Below, one piece after another: positions 12,085 to 23,599 of a DNA stretch of 64,000 bases (position 1 is the stretch's first letter; each line of letters starts with the position of its first letter). The notes under the pieces were generated by a model. That model worked only from the letters and a program-made list of their open reading frames with translations, ran no database searches and was not told the DNA's origin. Source of the stretch: Camelus dromedarius (taxonomy: Eukaryota); assembly GCF_036321535.1 (NCBI RefSeq), contig NC_087437.1, forward strand, positions 8,866,001 to 8,930,000, written 5' to 3'. Both the position numbers and the translations under genes were made by a program.

Positions 12085-13120
12085 TCAAAACCCTTCTCTC
12101 TTCAACTGTCTCCATTTTCATCAACTCCCACTCACCACTCGGACTACGTGAGTCGGTCTGAGTCCCTCGGCACTGACCCAAAATGACTCTACGAAGTTAT
12201 TAGTAATCTCCATGTTGATAAATCCAGCGACCACTCAAAGTTCTTATTTCCTGTAACTTCTCAGTCCTGTTGAGCGCTGCTGATCCCTCTCTCCTTTCTG
12301 AAACTTTGTAGAAGGAAGAGGCTGGTTGCTCATCATCTGAAACAGAAAACTGAATGAGTTGTGTGCTATGAAATGGAGGACTACGTTGAAAAAGCACAAT
12401 CTTTTTTTTTTTTTTTTTAACAACCAGCCGAGTCGGGGAGTTTGGAGTGCAGACAAGTGAGGGTATTTAGGAATAGGTTAAACTTCAGCTTTGGAAGCTT
12501 GGTCCTTGGTAGGAGGCTGTTGCTGATTGGCTGACTTTTAAATGTGTGTTTACCGTAGCCATGCCAGTCAAGACTGACCAACTGAGATGGATTTAAAACC
12601 AGCTCTGGAGATAATCTTTTATATCCCGGGCTATGGTCAAAGAATAATCAATCTCTTCTTTGACTTGTTGGAGTGAGTCAACTTTTTTACTTTCTCCCTT
12701 GACGTCTGTTCCTCACCTAACTTTCCTCCTATGTCATTAATTTTATCCTTTCAAGTTTGACTTGCTATTCTGTCTTCCCTGTTTAACTGTTAGATATTTA
12801 AATACTAGAATCTCTTCATTTCATACACTTCATGTGTAGACAATTTCATCCAGCCCTTGGATTTCTTCTCTCCTTGTCAATCCCTTGATAATTTCATCTA
12901 ATCTTGTGGCTTTAAACACAGTTTCCTCCCCTTTATCTCCCCAAAGTAGATTTCTAGTTGAGAACTTGTCCCTCTAACTCATGTTGATGTATCTGACTGC
13001 CTAATGAATATCTCCACTAGGTTGTCGAATGCACATTTCAAATTCAGCATGGCCCTAGAATGAATATTTCTCCCTAAAATTTACCTCCATCCGTAGTCCT
13101 GTTTTTCTCAGCTAATGGCG
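12085..13120 (+). mobile_element. L2 LINE fragment, interrupted at ~12307-12690
   Basis: L2 motifs ctccatgttgataaatccag, tggctttaaa, tatctccactaggttgtc, caaattcagcatg, ctcagctaatggc. Confidence 0.7.
12307..12690. mobile_element. Unclassified ~380-bp LTR-like insertion inside L2
   Basis: L2 stops at ctgaaactt and resumes at tttctcccttgac. The insert starts with TG and contains gctgattggctg. Confidence 0.4.
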
Positions 13121-13134
13121 ATTAAGTTGTTGTT

Positions 13135-14143
13135 TAAAATTTATTTTTATTGAGATATAATTGGTGTATAATATTGTGTCAGTTTCAGGTGTACAATGTG
13201 TTGATTTGATACATACATATATATATATTGCAATATGATTATCACTATAGTGTTAGCTAACACCTCTGTCACATCACATAATTATTTCTTTTTTTTTTTC
13301 TTTCTTTTGTGGTGGACACACTTGAGACCTACTCTCTTAGCAACTTGGAAGTTTAAAATACAGGATTGTTGTCTGTGCTTTAGCTCTCCAGGACTTACTT
13401 ATCTGCTAGTTCCACATTTGAGCCCTTGAACACCGTCTCTCCAGTTTTCCCACCCCACCCCCTGGTAACCATCATTCTACTCTCTGCTTTTGATGAGTTC
13501 ATCTTGTTAAAATTCACATATAACTGATATCATATGATGTTTTTCCTACTCTACCTGCCTGACTTATCCCACTCAGCATAATGCCCTCAAGGGCCACCCA
13601 TGTAGTCCCAAATAACAGAATTTCCTTCTTTCTTATGCCTGAATAATATTTGCTTTATCCATCTTTTGATGAACACTTAGATTGTCTTCATTTCTTGACT
13701 ATGATGAATAACACTGCGGGGAACATGACAGAGGAGCTATGTGATCAATATCCTATTTTCATTTCCTTTGGATAAATATCCAAAAGTGGGGTTACTGGAA
13801 ATATGGTAGTTCTGTTTTTAATTTTTTGAGGAACTACCATACTCTTTTCCATAGGGGCTGAACCAATTCACATTCCCGCCAACAGTGTGCAAGGGTTCCC
13901 TTTTCTCCACAAGCCTGCCAACACTTATCTCTTCTTTTCCTAATGACAGCCAGGGATGAGATGATATTTCATTGTAGATTTTATTTGTGTTTCTCTGATG
14001 ATTAGTGTTGCTGAACATCTTCTGGGACCTGTTGACCACTTGAATGTCCTCTCTGGGAAAATATCTAGGTCATCTGTCCATTGTTTAATCAAATTGTTTG
14101 GTATTTTGTTATTGAGTTGTTGGAGTTCTTTATATATTTTGAA
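13135..14143 (-). mobile_element. L1MA9-like 3' end
   Basis: ttattgagatataattgg...ctactctcttagcaac...; minus translations show ORF2 C-terminal remnants (KIYKELQQLNNK, EKREPLHTVGGNVNW). Confidence 0.88.
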
Positions 14144-14144
14144 C

Positions 14145-14650
14145 ACTCAAAGGGGAAAAATATAGTCTCCTTAGCAAATAGTACTGGGAAAACTGTATAA
14201 TCACATGCAGAAAACAGAAATTGGACTCTTATCCTACAACACTTAAAACATTCACATGAAATGGAATAAAGACTTAAACATAAGACAGGATACCATAAAA
14301 CTCTTAGAAGAGAACGTAGGGAAGATGTTTCTGGCACTTGTCTAGGCAGTGATTTTGGGGGTCTGACATCAAAAGTTTGAGAAACAAATCTACCAGTGGA
14401 ACTACATCAAACTAAAAAGCTTCTGGCCATAAAAGGAAACAATCAAAAACCCAAAAGCAACCTATGGAATGGGAGAAAATATTCACGAATTGTATGTCAG
14501 GTAAGGGGTTAGTATCTAAAATATTATAGAACTCAAACAACTCAATAACAAAAAAATCTGATTAAAAATGGACAGAGAAACTAAATAGACATTTTTACTA
14601 AAGAAGACATCTAAATGGGCAACAGTTACGTGAAAAGATGCTCATTCATG
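14145..14650 (+). mobile_element. L1 ORF2 segment, inverted relative to its flanking L1 pieces
   Basis: ctgggaaaactg...aaagacttaaacataagac...acatcaaactaaaaagcttctg...gaatgggagaaaatatt...aaaagatgctca. Confidence 0.88.
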
Positions 14651-15125
14651 GGATAATTCAGTCCGGTGCAGTGTTACCTTGTGGAGAGTGGAGTGTGAGG
14701 CACCGGCAGAGTTCTTGTTTCCATCTCCATTGTGACCAAACTTGTTTCGTGTGTATATTTTGGGGGGTTTTCTGTTTGTTATTTTCCTCCAGTGATGTGC
14801 TGGAATCTCCCTTTGGGAAGACTGGACTCCTGCATATTCTCTTTTCCCTGGGTATCTGCCCAGCCCATACTTTCCAGGTTTTTTCCCCACCTGTGGCAAG
14901 AGAGGTTGGTTCAGGTTCGCTGGCTCTGATGGTTCCACAGCCCGTGCAGAAGGCTATCTACTTACTACCAAATGCACAGATGAGCAAGACCCCTTTCCGA
15001 TCCCTTGACATGTGGTGTTGGACAATGATGTTTTTGTTCACGGATGGATATCTAATTCATTGTTTAAAAGGGGAGGATAAAAGGAGGAATGTCTTACACT
15101 GTCATGATGAGGATGCCACTCCCCA
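14651..15125 (-). mobile_element. L1 5' UTR remnant
   Basis: Reverse complement starts ggagtggcatcctcatcatgacagtgtaagacattcc, resembling laurasiatherian L1 5' termini. L2 resumes immediately after. Confidence 0.6.
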
Positions 15126-15134
15126 CTTCTGGCC

Positions 15135-16115
15135 TCAATCTCTTCAGTTGGAGTTATTCTTGAGCCTTCTCTCACATCACAAGATCCAATCAGTCAACAA
15201 ATCTAGTTTTCTCTAACTTCAGGATAAATCCATAGCCTGAGCACTTCTTGCCATCTCCATGGCTACCATCATGGTCTGAAGCACCATGAGGGCTTGAGGT
15301 TAGCGCAGTATCCTCTGAACTCATTTTCCTGCTTCCACTCTTGATCTTCTTGCCCAGAGTAAGTTGAGCCACCCCCTGGTATTCCCGGGACGTTCCTGGT
15401 TTTGGCATTGGAAGTGATGTGTCTCAGGACATTCCTCAGTCCCAGGAAAACTGTGACAGATGGTCACCCTACTACGTACTCTCAAGGCAACATCTGGAGT
15501 TGTCCTTTAAAGATATAAATCAGATTACATCATTCTTCTGCTCAAATCCTGACATCTCTACTTTACAGAATAAATGCTACTTTACAGAATAAATGCTAAC
15601 TTCTTACAGTGGCCTACAAAACCCTATGATCTGTTGTCCTGACTTTTACTACAACTCCCCTTTGTATTTATTTTGCAAAAGCCACAGTGACTTATTTATG
15701 TTTCTTGAGCACATTAGATGTCCTTCTCCCTTGGGATCTTTGCACTGGTTGCTCCCTCTGGGATAGTCACCCTAGAGATATGACGTGGCTTGCATCCTCA
15801 TTTATTTCAGGTCTTTGCTCAAGTATCACCTTGTCAAATATCCACACCCTGACCATCTTATTTATTTTTGTAGCACCTACTTTCACAACTCTGAATCTTA
15901 CTTCCCATGCTTTTTTCCCCCCTCCATTGTATTTACTACCTTCTAACATAACATTTACCCATCAATTACATGTCCTACTTGTTTGTTAACAATAGAATGT
16001 AAGCTAATGAGGGTAAGAATGTCTGTCTGTTGTTCACTGATATATTCCCAGTGCCTGGAACAGTTCCTGGCACATAGTAGGTTCTCAATACCTATTTGTG
16101 AAATGAATGAATGGC
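15135..16115 (+). mobile_element. L2 LINE 3' portion (continuation of the 12-13 kb L2)
   Basis: tggcctacaaaaccct, tttgcactggttgctccc, agaatgtaagct, cctggcacatagtaggttctcaata...gaatgaatgaatg terminus. Confidence 0.85.
15355..15471. mobile_element. MER81 hAT-Blackjack MITE
   Basis: cccgggacgttcctggttttggcattggaag...cctcagtcccaggaaaactgtgacagatggtcacccta. Confidence 0.75.
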
Positions 16116-16584
16116 TCTACTCACCATCTGCACATGGAGTGTTTTCCCCTCCCTCTTTGTCTCTTTCTCTCCCTCTCTTTCTCTCCTCCTACCAGATGTC
16201 TCTTAACAGTTCAGACCAGTATGTATGTCTGCCTTCTTAACGATCCACCCAGGCATCCTGCTGGAATGTTCAAAGTTTAATTCATTATCTTCCTACTAAA
16301 GCCACGCCTCCTCCAGTGCACTCTTTCCCAGTGAATGATCATATTTTATATCTGATTATGAAAGTTAGACACTTAAAAGTTATCTATGGCTCCCCTTCCT
16401 CTGTAATCTACCATATCTAAAATCCTGTCACTTCTGAGTAAGTGGAACCACCTGCCCTATCAACATCCATACCCACACTTCTATCATTTCTCAGCTGGCC
16501 GATGTCCTTAATGGACCTTTTTTATTTTATCTTCTCTCCTCTCTTATTCTCCATTCTGCAGCCAAGGTGAAACCCAAAATATCA

Positions 16585-16705
16585 TTATATATAAAATGTA
16601 ATAGAATAGTATTATATTTTACATAATACATTACATGTAATAAAATATATATTTTATAGAATATAAATATGATAATATAATAATACAATATACGAAATAT
16701 AATTG
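16585..16705. repeat. AT-rich low-complexity tract
   Basis: tatatataaaatgtaatagaatagtattatat... seen directly. Confidence 0.85.
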
Positions 16706-17351
16706 TCATCTCATGAATACGCACACACCACCATCACTGTGCTAAAACATTTACTCATTAGTATTACTCATTAGTATTTACTCATCAGTATTAAAAAAAT
16801 AATTTTTATTGTCTTTAGAATAAATACTAACTCATCTAAAAGATTTAAATACTTTGTATTGTCTTTAGAATAAATGCTAACTCATCAGCATGGCCTCCGA
16901 GGCCAGGCTTGGTTGGGCCCTCCTCCTTCTCCGGCGTCACCTGGTACTAATATCCTCCCCCCTCCCCGCTCTCCTCATGCTAGCCATGGAAGTCAACTTC
17001 AGTTCCTTAGAAGCTTTTTTCCTTTCTGGCTCAGGCTTTCCTGTGTGCTTTCATCCTGCTGGAAGGGCTCCCCCTTTCCAGCTTTTCCTGATTATCATCT
17101 GCTTCAGAGCTCAGTTTAAACACTGATCTCTCTAGAAAACCTTTTATGACCTTCCAAACCCAGTCAGTGTCACTGGGTAGACATTCATTAAAGCATGCAT
17201 TTCTCTTCACAGTCCTTTTAAAAAGTAATTTAAATAATTAGGTGATTAATTTTTAGATGTCTGTCTCCATCTCTAAAATATCAGCTATCTGAGGGAAAAG
17301 ACTGTTCTTTTTTTTTTTTTTCACTGCCATTTCTCAAGCATTTAAACAGTC

Positions 17352-17712
17352 TGTCTTAGTCTGTTTGGGCTGCTGTAACAAAACACCACAGACCAGGTAG
17401 CTTGTAAGTAACAAGACTTACTTATCAGTGTCTGGGGCTGGAAGTCCACGATCAGAGGGCCAGCATGGTTGAGTTCTGGCAGAGTCCCTCTCCCGGGCTA
17501 CAGACTACCAAGTTCTAGTTGTGTCTTCACATGGCGGAGGGGCCAATGAGATCTCCAGATTACTTTTTATAAGAGCACTAATCCCATTCATGAGGGCTCC
17601 CCACCATGACCTAAGCACCTCCCAAAGGTCCCGTCTCCTAACACTGTCACGTTGGGCATTAGGATTTCAACATATGAGTTTGGAGGGAAATACAAACATT
17701 GAGACTACAGCA
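17352..17712 (-). mobile_element. MLT1A-type MaLR solo LTR
   Basis: TG...CA ends, tgtcttagtctgtttgggctgct...aggatttcaacatatga; 5-bp TSD cagtc/cagtt. Confidence 0.9.
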
Positions 17713-18529
17713 CAGTTCTTGGCACACTTTGGATGTTCTCTAATATTTATGAATGAATAAATGAATGGATGGATGATGAGTGAGTGAATGAGTGAAGATT
17801 CAATTCTGGTTGACCCCTCCCTGATCTTGTCTGTCCTCTCTCTTCTTTCTCCTTATGGTATGTTGATGGAAGTTCTCCAAACTGTGTGACAGTTCTATTT
17901 TGAGCATCACCTCTTGGCAGCCTCTTTTCAGTACTGATAAAGAATTGCTTTCCTTTCCATAGCAAACAGAGCTGCCAGTTAATCACTAATTCATTTTCAA
18001 TTGTTCATATATATATGTCAAATAATAAACCTCTGTGTGCCATTCATCTCTCAATGCAATGTGCAGATACAAAGCCAGAGATCAGGAAACTAAAAGCCTG
18101 GGGAGAGCCTCTTACCTGAGAGGCTTTAGATGAGGGTAAATGTCATAGGGTAAAATTAGGGTGGTTATAGAGTGTTTGAACCGAAGACACTAGTGCTGAT
18201 TGGGATAGTTCTCAGAATTACATTTACAGATAAAAGCAAATATTAGTAAGGTGAATTACACAACAGAAAATTTCTACTCAGAGAGGAAACACTAAGCAAA
18301 TTGGTTAAATTCTCTTGGCCAGAATCTTGCAGACTATCATGAAAAAGCTTCAGTCATCTGCGTATTTATCTTGCCAGCCATATTAAGATAAACGCCTTAT
18401 TTCTGGTTATTCCCACCCTTCAATTTGTATTCTTAATAGACATGTATAAAGCTGATTATATGAAATTTCTAAAAATATCGTGGAAACACATAAACAAAAC
18501 GCATACTGGTTTCTGAAATGCGAAAGTGT

Positions 18530-18985
18530 GAGCAGCATGGCAGGTTTAAGAGTAGCTCTTTTAACAGAGAATCAAACTAATGATGGCTTAAACCACAAAA
18601 CAATTGTTTAAAATAATGTAACAATATGTGCATAAATGGTTCAGAGCTACATGAATTTTTTCACAGTGCTGAGACCCAGACCCAGCTCCTGCTCTTGCAT
18701 TTCTAGGGTACTGCTGTCAATCAAGACTATGTACAATCCGTATTACAGAGAATGAGAAGGTGAAGGGAAGGGTGTGCCGTACAAGTGCACACATCACCAT
18801 ATTACTTCTGCTCTCATCCCTTTGGTTGGAACTTAGTATATCCATAGCTGGATCTAAGGGAAGTTGAGAAACATGCTCATTATCATAGAAGGTCATGTGC
18901 CTGCTTAAAACTGGGGATGCTATTGCTATGGGAGACAAGGAAGAACATATTTTTATGGGAAAAACTAACAATCTCTATTGTAGTA
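18530..18985 (-). mobile_element. Old MLT1 (J/K-like) LTR
   Basis: tggcttaaac...acttctgctctcatccctttggttggaacttagt...ggaagttgagaaac. Confidence 0.6.
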
Positions 18986-19858
18986 AGGATACCTAATCTG
19001 ATCCATTTTTAAACTTCTCACTCAAACTTTTTTCTGGAGTTGATTTTCAGAGAAAATATTTTTGGAATACTTTCTGCCTTTGGTTAAAGAAACTAGTTGA
19101 AAGTAAAAATATTGGTAACTAAAGTCGACATGAGAATCAATGCAAATTCTGCAATGGAAAAAAATAATTAGCTAGAAATGAGTCACAGAAATCAACTAAG
19201 CGTGCTATTCTTAATGCAAACATAATTTTGTGAACACAGACTTACATGTGCTTGAAGCTCTGTATCTTTTTTGTGTTTTCTATGCATCCTGGAGTAGAGA
19301 AAGTGAGTGACTTGTGTTTTTCCTATTTAATTCTGGCTCTGATCTGTGACACCCACTGAATTTGGGGAAGACCTTTCCTATCCCACGTATGGCACCTCGT
19401 TTATACATTACTGAAGACTAGATGCAGAACACAGTCAATATTTGATTTCTTCCAAAGATAACACTCACACAAAGCATTAATGTATATAGTAGACTTTCCT
19501 AGGAAAAAAAATTCAGTTATGCTGGATGTGTGTGTTCATGTTATAAATCCATATTAAAGACAAAATATATTCGTTGTTAGTTTGGGTGTTTCTTAAAATG
19601 TCCATTTGGAATTTCTGTTGACTTCATCTCGAGCCTCCTCCCTGTATTTTATCTTTCTTCTCTTCTCTGTTCTGTATTCCTACTTCCTATCTAGAAATTT
19701 TATTATTTTATTTCTTATTTTTCTCTCATCTCTACTCATATGAAAGTATTACTTTAAGCATAGATAGTTTTTAACTAGTTTCTGGTACCAGAAGGTAAGT
19801 ATTGGTATGTTCTTTTATGTTGCTATATATGTGTTCTAACCATATGCATTCCCTAGGT

Positions 19859-22322
19859 CTAAATCATCCCATAGAAAAATACTGTGAGCCATGTATTTAC
19901 TTTACCATTTTCTGATACCCACATTAAGAGAGTAAAAATAAACATGTATAATTAATATTAATAGTATATTTTATTTAACCCAATAAATCTAAAATATTAT
20001 AATTTCAAAATTACAGAGGTATTTATTTTTTGTACAAAGTCTTTAAAATCTGATATGTATTTTAAACCTCCTGCACATCTCAGTTCAGATACTGAATTTT
20101 TATTGGATATACTTGATCTCTATTTATGTTTCATAACATTTGTAGTTGAAAGATTAGATATACATACTCAAGTCATCCCCAGCATAAATAAAAGTTCTCC
20201 AACAGTTGACGTGAATACCAAGAAGTAATTTTCTTTTAATATTTAAATCTATATTGATAAAACACGTTCATCTTTTATAAGAATGTCAGTTTGACTCTGA
20301 AGCAAAAGATATCCATTTTAAAACTTTATCTGTCCAAGTTAAGTAAATTCATGACACTTGTGTCAATATGAGATTATTAACATTGAATTCAAAGAGGCAC
20401 TCCAAAAATTGAAGGGCAGTTCTGAATTTGACAATATGAACAAAGCCTTTTAAAACCATTCTTATAGTTTTGCAGCTGATTTACATAGCACAGTTCATTG
20501 TGCACATTGATTTATGTTAGAAAAGTTTATAAAATTAATATTACTGATTTATATTTTTGAAAGTCTTAATTTCAAAAAATATTCTGGTACCTCTAGCCTG
20601 CCCACAAATAAACTCTTCCTGTCTTTGAAGCTTTAAATTTAGTTTGTTCATATGCAATGCAAAAATCCTAAATTATATTGCCATATTTGCCTTTGATTAT
20701 TGAATATTTGGCAAGTACTTTTATGCTTCAAGAAAAATTGAAATTTGAGTTAACAGTACAGTAAATCTTTTAAAAACTCATTCATGGCTCAACCAATGAG
20801 CACTGGCAAAGAACTGAAGACCCTTAAATATATTGTCTTATTTTTTTCAGAAGTTCCAAACAGTGGCTATGATTCATATGTTTATGGCTTTTTTCATAGT
20901 CTGCTTCAAAAACCTAAGCATAAATATTTCCACCGTGTATCATACAGTGCAATGAAGCAATAAGAGAACTATCAATCTCTTGCTTTAAAATTTTAATAAA
21001 TCCAGGCTGTTGACCTAATATAGAACATCCTTCATAGTAATAAAAAAAAGAATTTTTTTCCTCTTTTTTTCTTTTTTGGAAGGAAGGTTTTTTTTGAGAG
21101 AGGGGAGGTAGTTTATTTACTTATGGATTGAATGCAGGACTTCATGCATGCTAAGCACTCACTCTATCACTCAATTATACTCTCCCCACCAAGAAGTTTT
21201 TGTTTTTTTATACCTAGCTGAAATCATTGTTTGGAAGATGTAAGATATTCAAAAGGATGTACGCCCAGAGGTCGATATTTTAGACTGAAAATTGACAGCA
21301 TTGCCTCATAAATTTGATAGTCCATTGAGACAAAACATGCCCAAATATTTAATTGGGTAGTGTGTTTTATATTCCATGACTCCTCTGAGGCAAAAAAATA
21401 AAAAGTTCTTGTAATCTTTTAAATTTTGAATCAACTGATCTTTAATATTATTGGAAAGTTGTACTATGGGCAATTATTTGATGCTAACTGAAGATATTTC
21501 AATTTTTAAAAGTTGAAATCTTTTCCTTATGATTCACTAAGTTTTCATAACTGAAATAATGATTTATTTTACCATCTCTTGATCTAAAAATGAATTTTTG
21601 TGTGTGTGCACAAAAATCCAAGCTGTTTTATGGGTAGCCAATGTAATAATCTTAGATTCTGTTAACAATAAATCTATAAAATTTGGGGACATTTAATTTT
21701 TATTTTAGATAATGAACTTTTTCAATTCTTTTTTTGGCTATTAAGATAAAATTTCTTATAAAATGTATTATCTCTAAGATTGTTTTTGCGAATCAAGCAA
21801 CTTTTTCATTTTGCTCTGCTGCAGCTAATTTTAACTGCCATATTTATTTTTAATTAAAATAATTGAACTGCAATTGTAAGTATAATAAACATTTCAATTT
21901 AATCGCCAGTTACAGCTTACACGGGTATTGCTGCAACTCTCTCTGCCAAAAATATTCAAATAAACACACTGCAGTGTTACATTGGTGTATAGAAATATAA
22001 GTCATTCAGATCGAGTCAATCGATAGACAGCAACTGGATTGATGACAGGTTTATGTGTAATACTAGAAATGATGAATGTTTTCAACATGTGCACCATAAA
22101 ATAGCAATAATGTCTTACACGATCCAACAGTTCAAGTGAAATGCTGTTCTACCAAACTAATAAAGTTGCATAATCCCAGAATATTTTACATTGCTGAAAT
22201 ATTTTTAAATGTAAATAAACTAAAATTGATTTGAATTAAAAGTTAAGTTCTCAGTCTTCTAGCCACATTCACATGTTCAGTATCCACATGTGGCTCTGTG
22301 GTTACCATATTGGATAGGACAG
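19859..22322 (-). mobile_element. Near-full-length Charlie5-type hAT DNA transposon with dead transposase
   Basis: Left end matches MER33/Charlie5 (atagaaaaatactgtgagcc...tttatttaacccaat) and right end is agccacattc...ccacatgtggct...ttaccatattggataggacag. Minus-strand remnants ASEESWNIKHTTQLNIW, ASLHCMIH and HWLSHE*VFKRF. Confidence 0.85.
21059..21190 (-). mobile_element. Vic-1-type SINE inside Charlie5
   Basis: attgaatgcaggacttcatgcatgctaagcactcactctatcactcaattatactc; TSD-like aagaattttt/aagaagtttt. Confidence 0.8.
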
Positions 22323-22639
22323 CTCTGGATGCTACACTGACAGCTCTTTGACACTCAGTGATTTCTCACATTTCTGAATTGCAATAACTTCTAAAGGAAC
22401 ATTCTTCTCTGGATTGTGTACTTTGTCATAAATTCAGCTTTTTATGTATATTCTTCTTACCTAACACATTGCCTAGGCTTCAGTAAATATTATATAAATG
22501 AATGAATAAGCAAATCTACACTTTGACACTGTTGTATATTCCTTTCAATGATAAACTTCTCCAGCGTATTTAGAGTTAACTCATTTAATTCCTCATTATT
22601 GCTCATTTTTTATTTGTATGTTTTAGATAATTTTGCTTG

Positions 22640-23350
22640 ACTCTTTCTTAAATCCTCCTGCTGTAAATATTTCAAGCAATCACAACAGAGAAAAGTTTCA
22701 AATTACGAGATTTAACAAATATCAACACATAGTCCAGTTATATCCCTCCAACTCCTGCCCTTTCCCAATCCCACCACCACATTAAACTCACTCATGTTTC
22801 ATTCAGAAATCCCTCAGCATGTTACTCTAAAAGATCAGTCCTATTGAGAACACAGACACAGTACAAATTTCACATATACAAAATAAAAAATAACTTCATA
22901 AAATACCGAGTTGATGTTCAACTGTTCTAAATTGTCTTCTAAGAAACTTTTAAACCTATTTAAAATTTTTTTTTATTTTACTTTTTGGGGGATCATTAGG
23001 TCCATTCATTTATTTACTATCATTTTTTAATGGAGGTACATGGGGATTGAAGACAGGACCTCCTGCATGCTAACCATGTGCACTACAGTTTGAGCTATAC
23101 CTTCCCCCAATAGATATTTTGTTTAAATCTGTATCTAGACAAATCCCACACATGGCAGTTCTCTTTTAATCTGTAACAGTTTCTTCTCATCCACTTTATT
23201 TGTTGATATTTGTCTGTTGAAAAAACAGAATAAATTTTCTTGCAGAATTATTCACAATCTGTATTTTGGTGAGAGTATTCCCATGGTGTCATTTAACATA
23301 CCTATCCATCTCTTGCATTTTCTGTAAACAGGTGGTCACATCTAGAGACC
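22640..23350 (-). mobile_element. Old L1MC-type 3' remnant
   Basis: aaatatttcaagc..., ccatggtgtcatttaacata, ttttctgtaaacaggtggtcacatctagag. Confidence 0.5.
22965..23109 (-). mobile_element. Vic-1-type SINE
   Basis: tggaggtacatggggattgaagacaggacctcctgcatgctaaccatgtgc...gagctataccttcccc. Confidence 0.82.
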
Positions 23351-23599
23351 GGATCAGATTTTTGGCCTTCTCTGCAACCATGCACTTTGGTTTCAAGTCT
23401 CTTCATTATCTCAATTATTATTAATCATTTAAATGCTTTTCAGCCACAAAGATGTTGGTGTTACTATTTTCCCATATTCTCCCAGTCCTGGGGGCTTTAT
23501 GCTTTTTTAAATATCAATTCAGGAAGGTATAGAAATAAATGCTTGTATCCAGTTAACATGTTTCCCCTTTCTTTTTCAACACAATATAATTTGCTCATG

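Larger units (their letters stand above)
16180..17790 (+). mobile_element. L2 LINE fragment, interrupted by AT-rich repeat and MLT1A
   Basis: cccaggcatcc...aatgttcaaag, tcccagtgaatg, ccattctgcagccaaggtga, terminal atgaatgaataaatgaatgg. Confidence 0.7.

Noticed and set aside
14638..15216. 192-aa plus-strand ORF (antisense to an L1 5' UTR, superficially ORF0-like)
   Set aside because: Starts in the inverted L1 ORF2 piece and ends in L2. Composition is unremarkable and ORF0 is described for primate L1 only; no support for function.
19859..22322. Domesticated hAT (ZBED/Buster-like) gene
   Set aside because: No ORF of 60 aa or more in the track, in-frame stops, a SINE insertion and loss of the catalytic aspartate.
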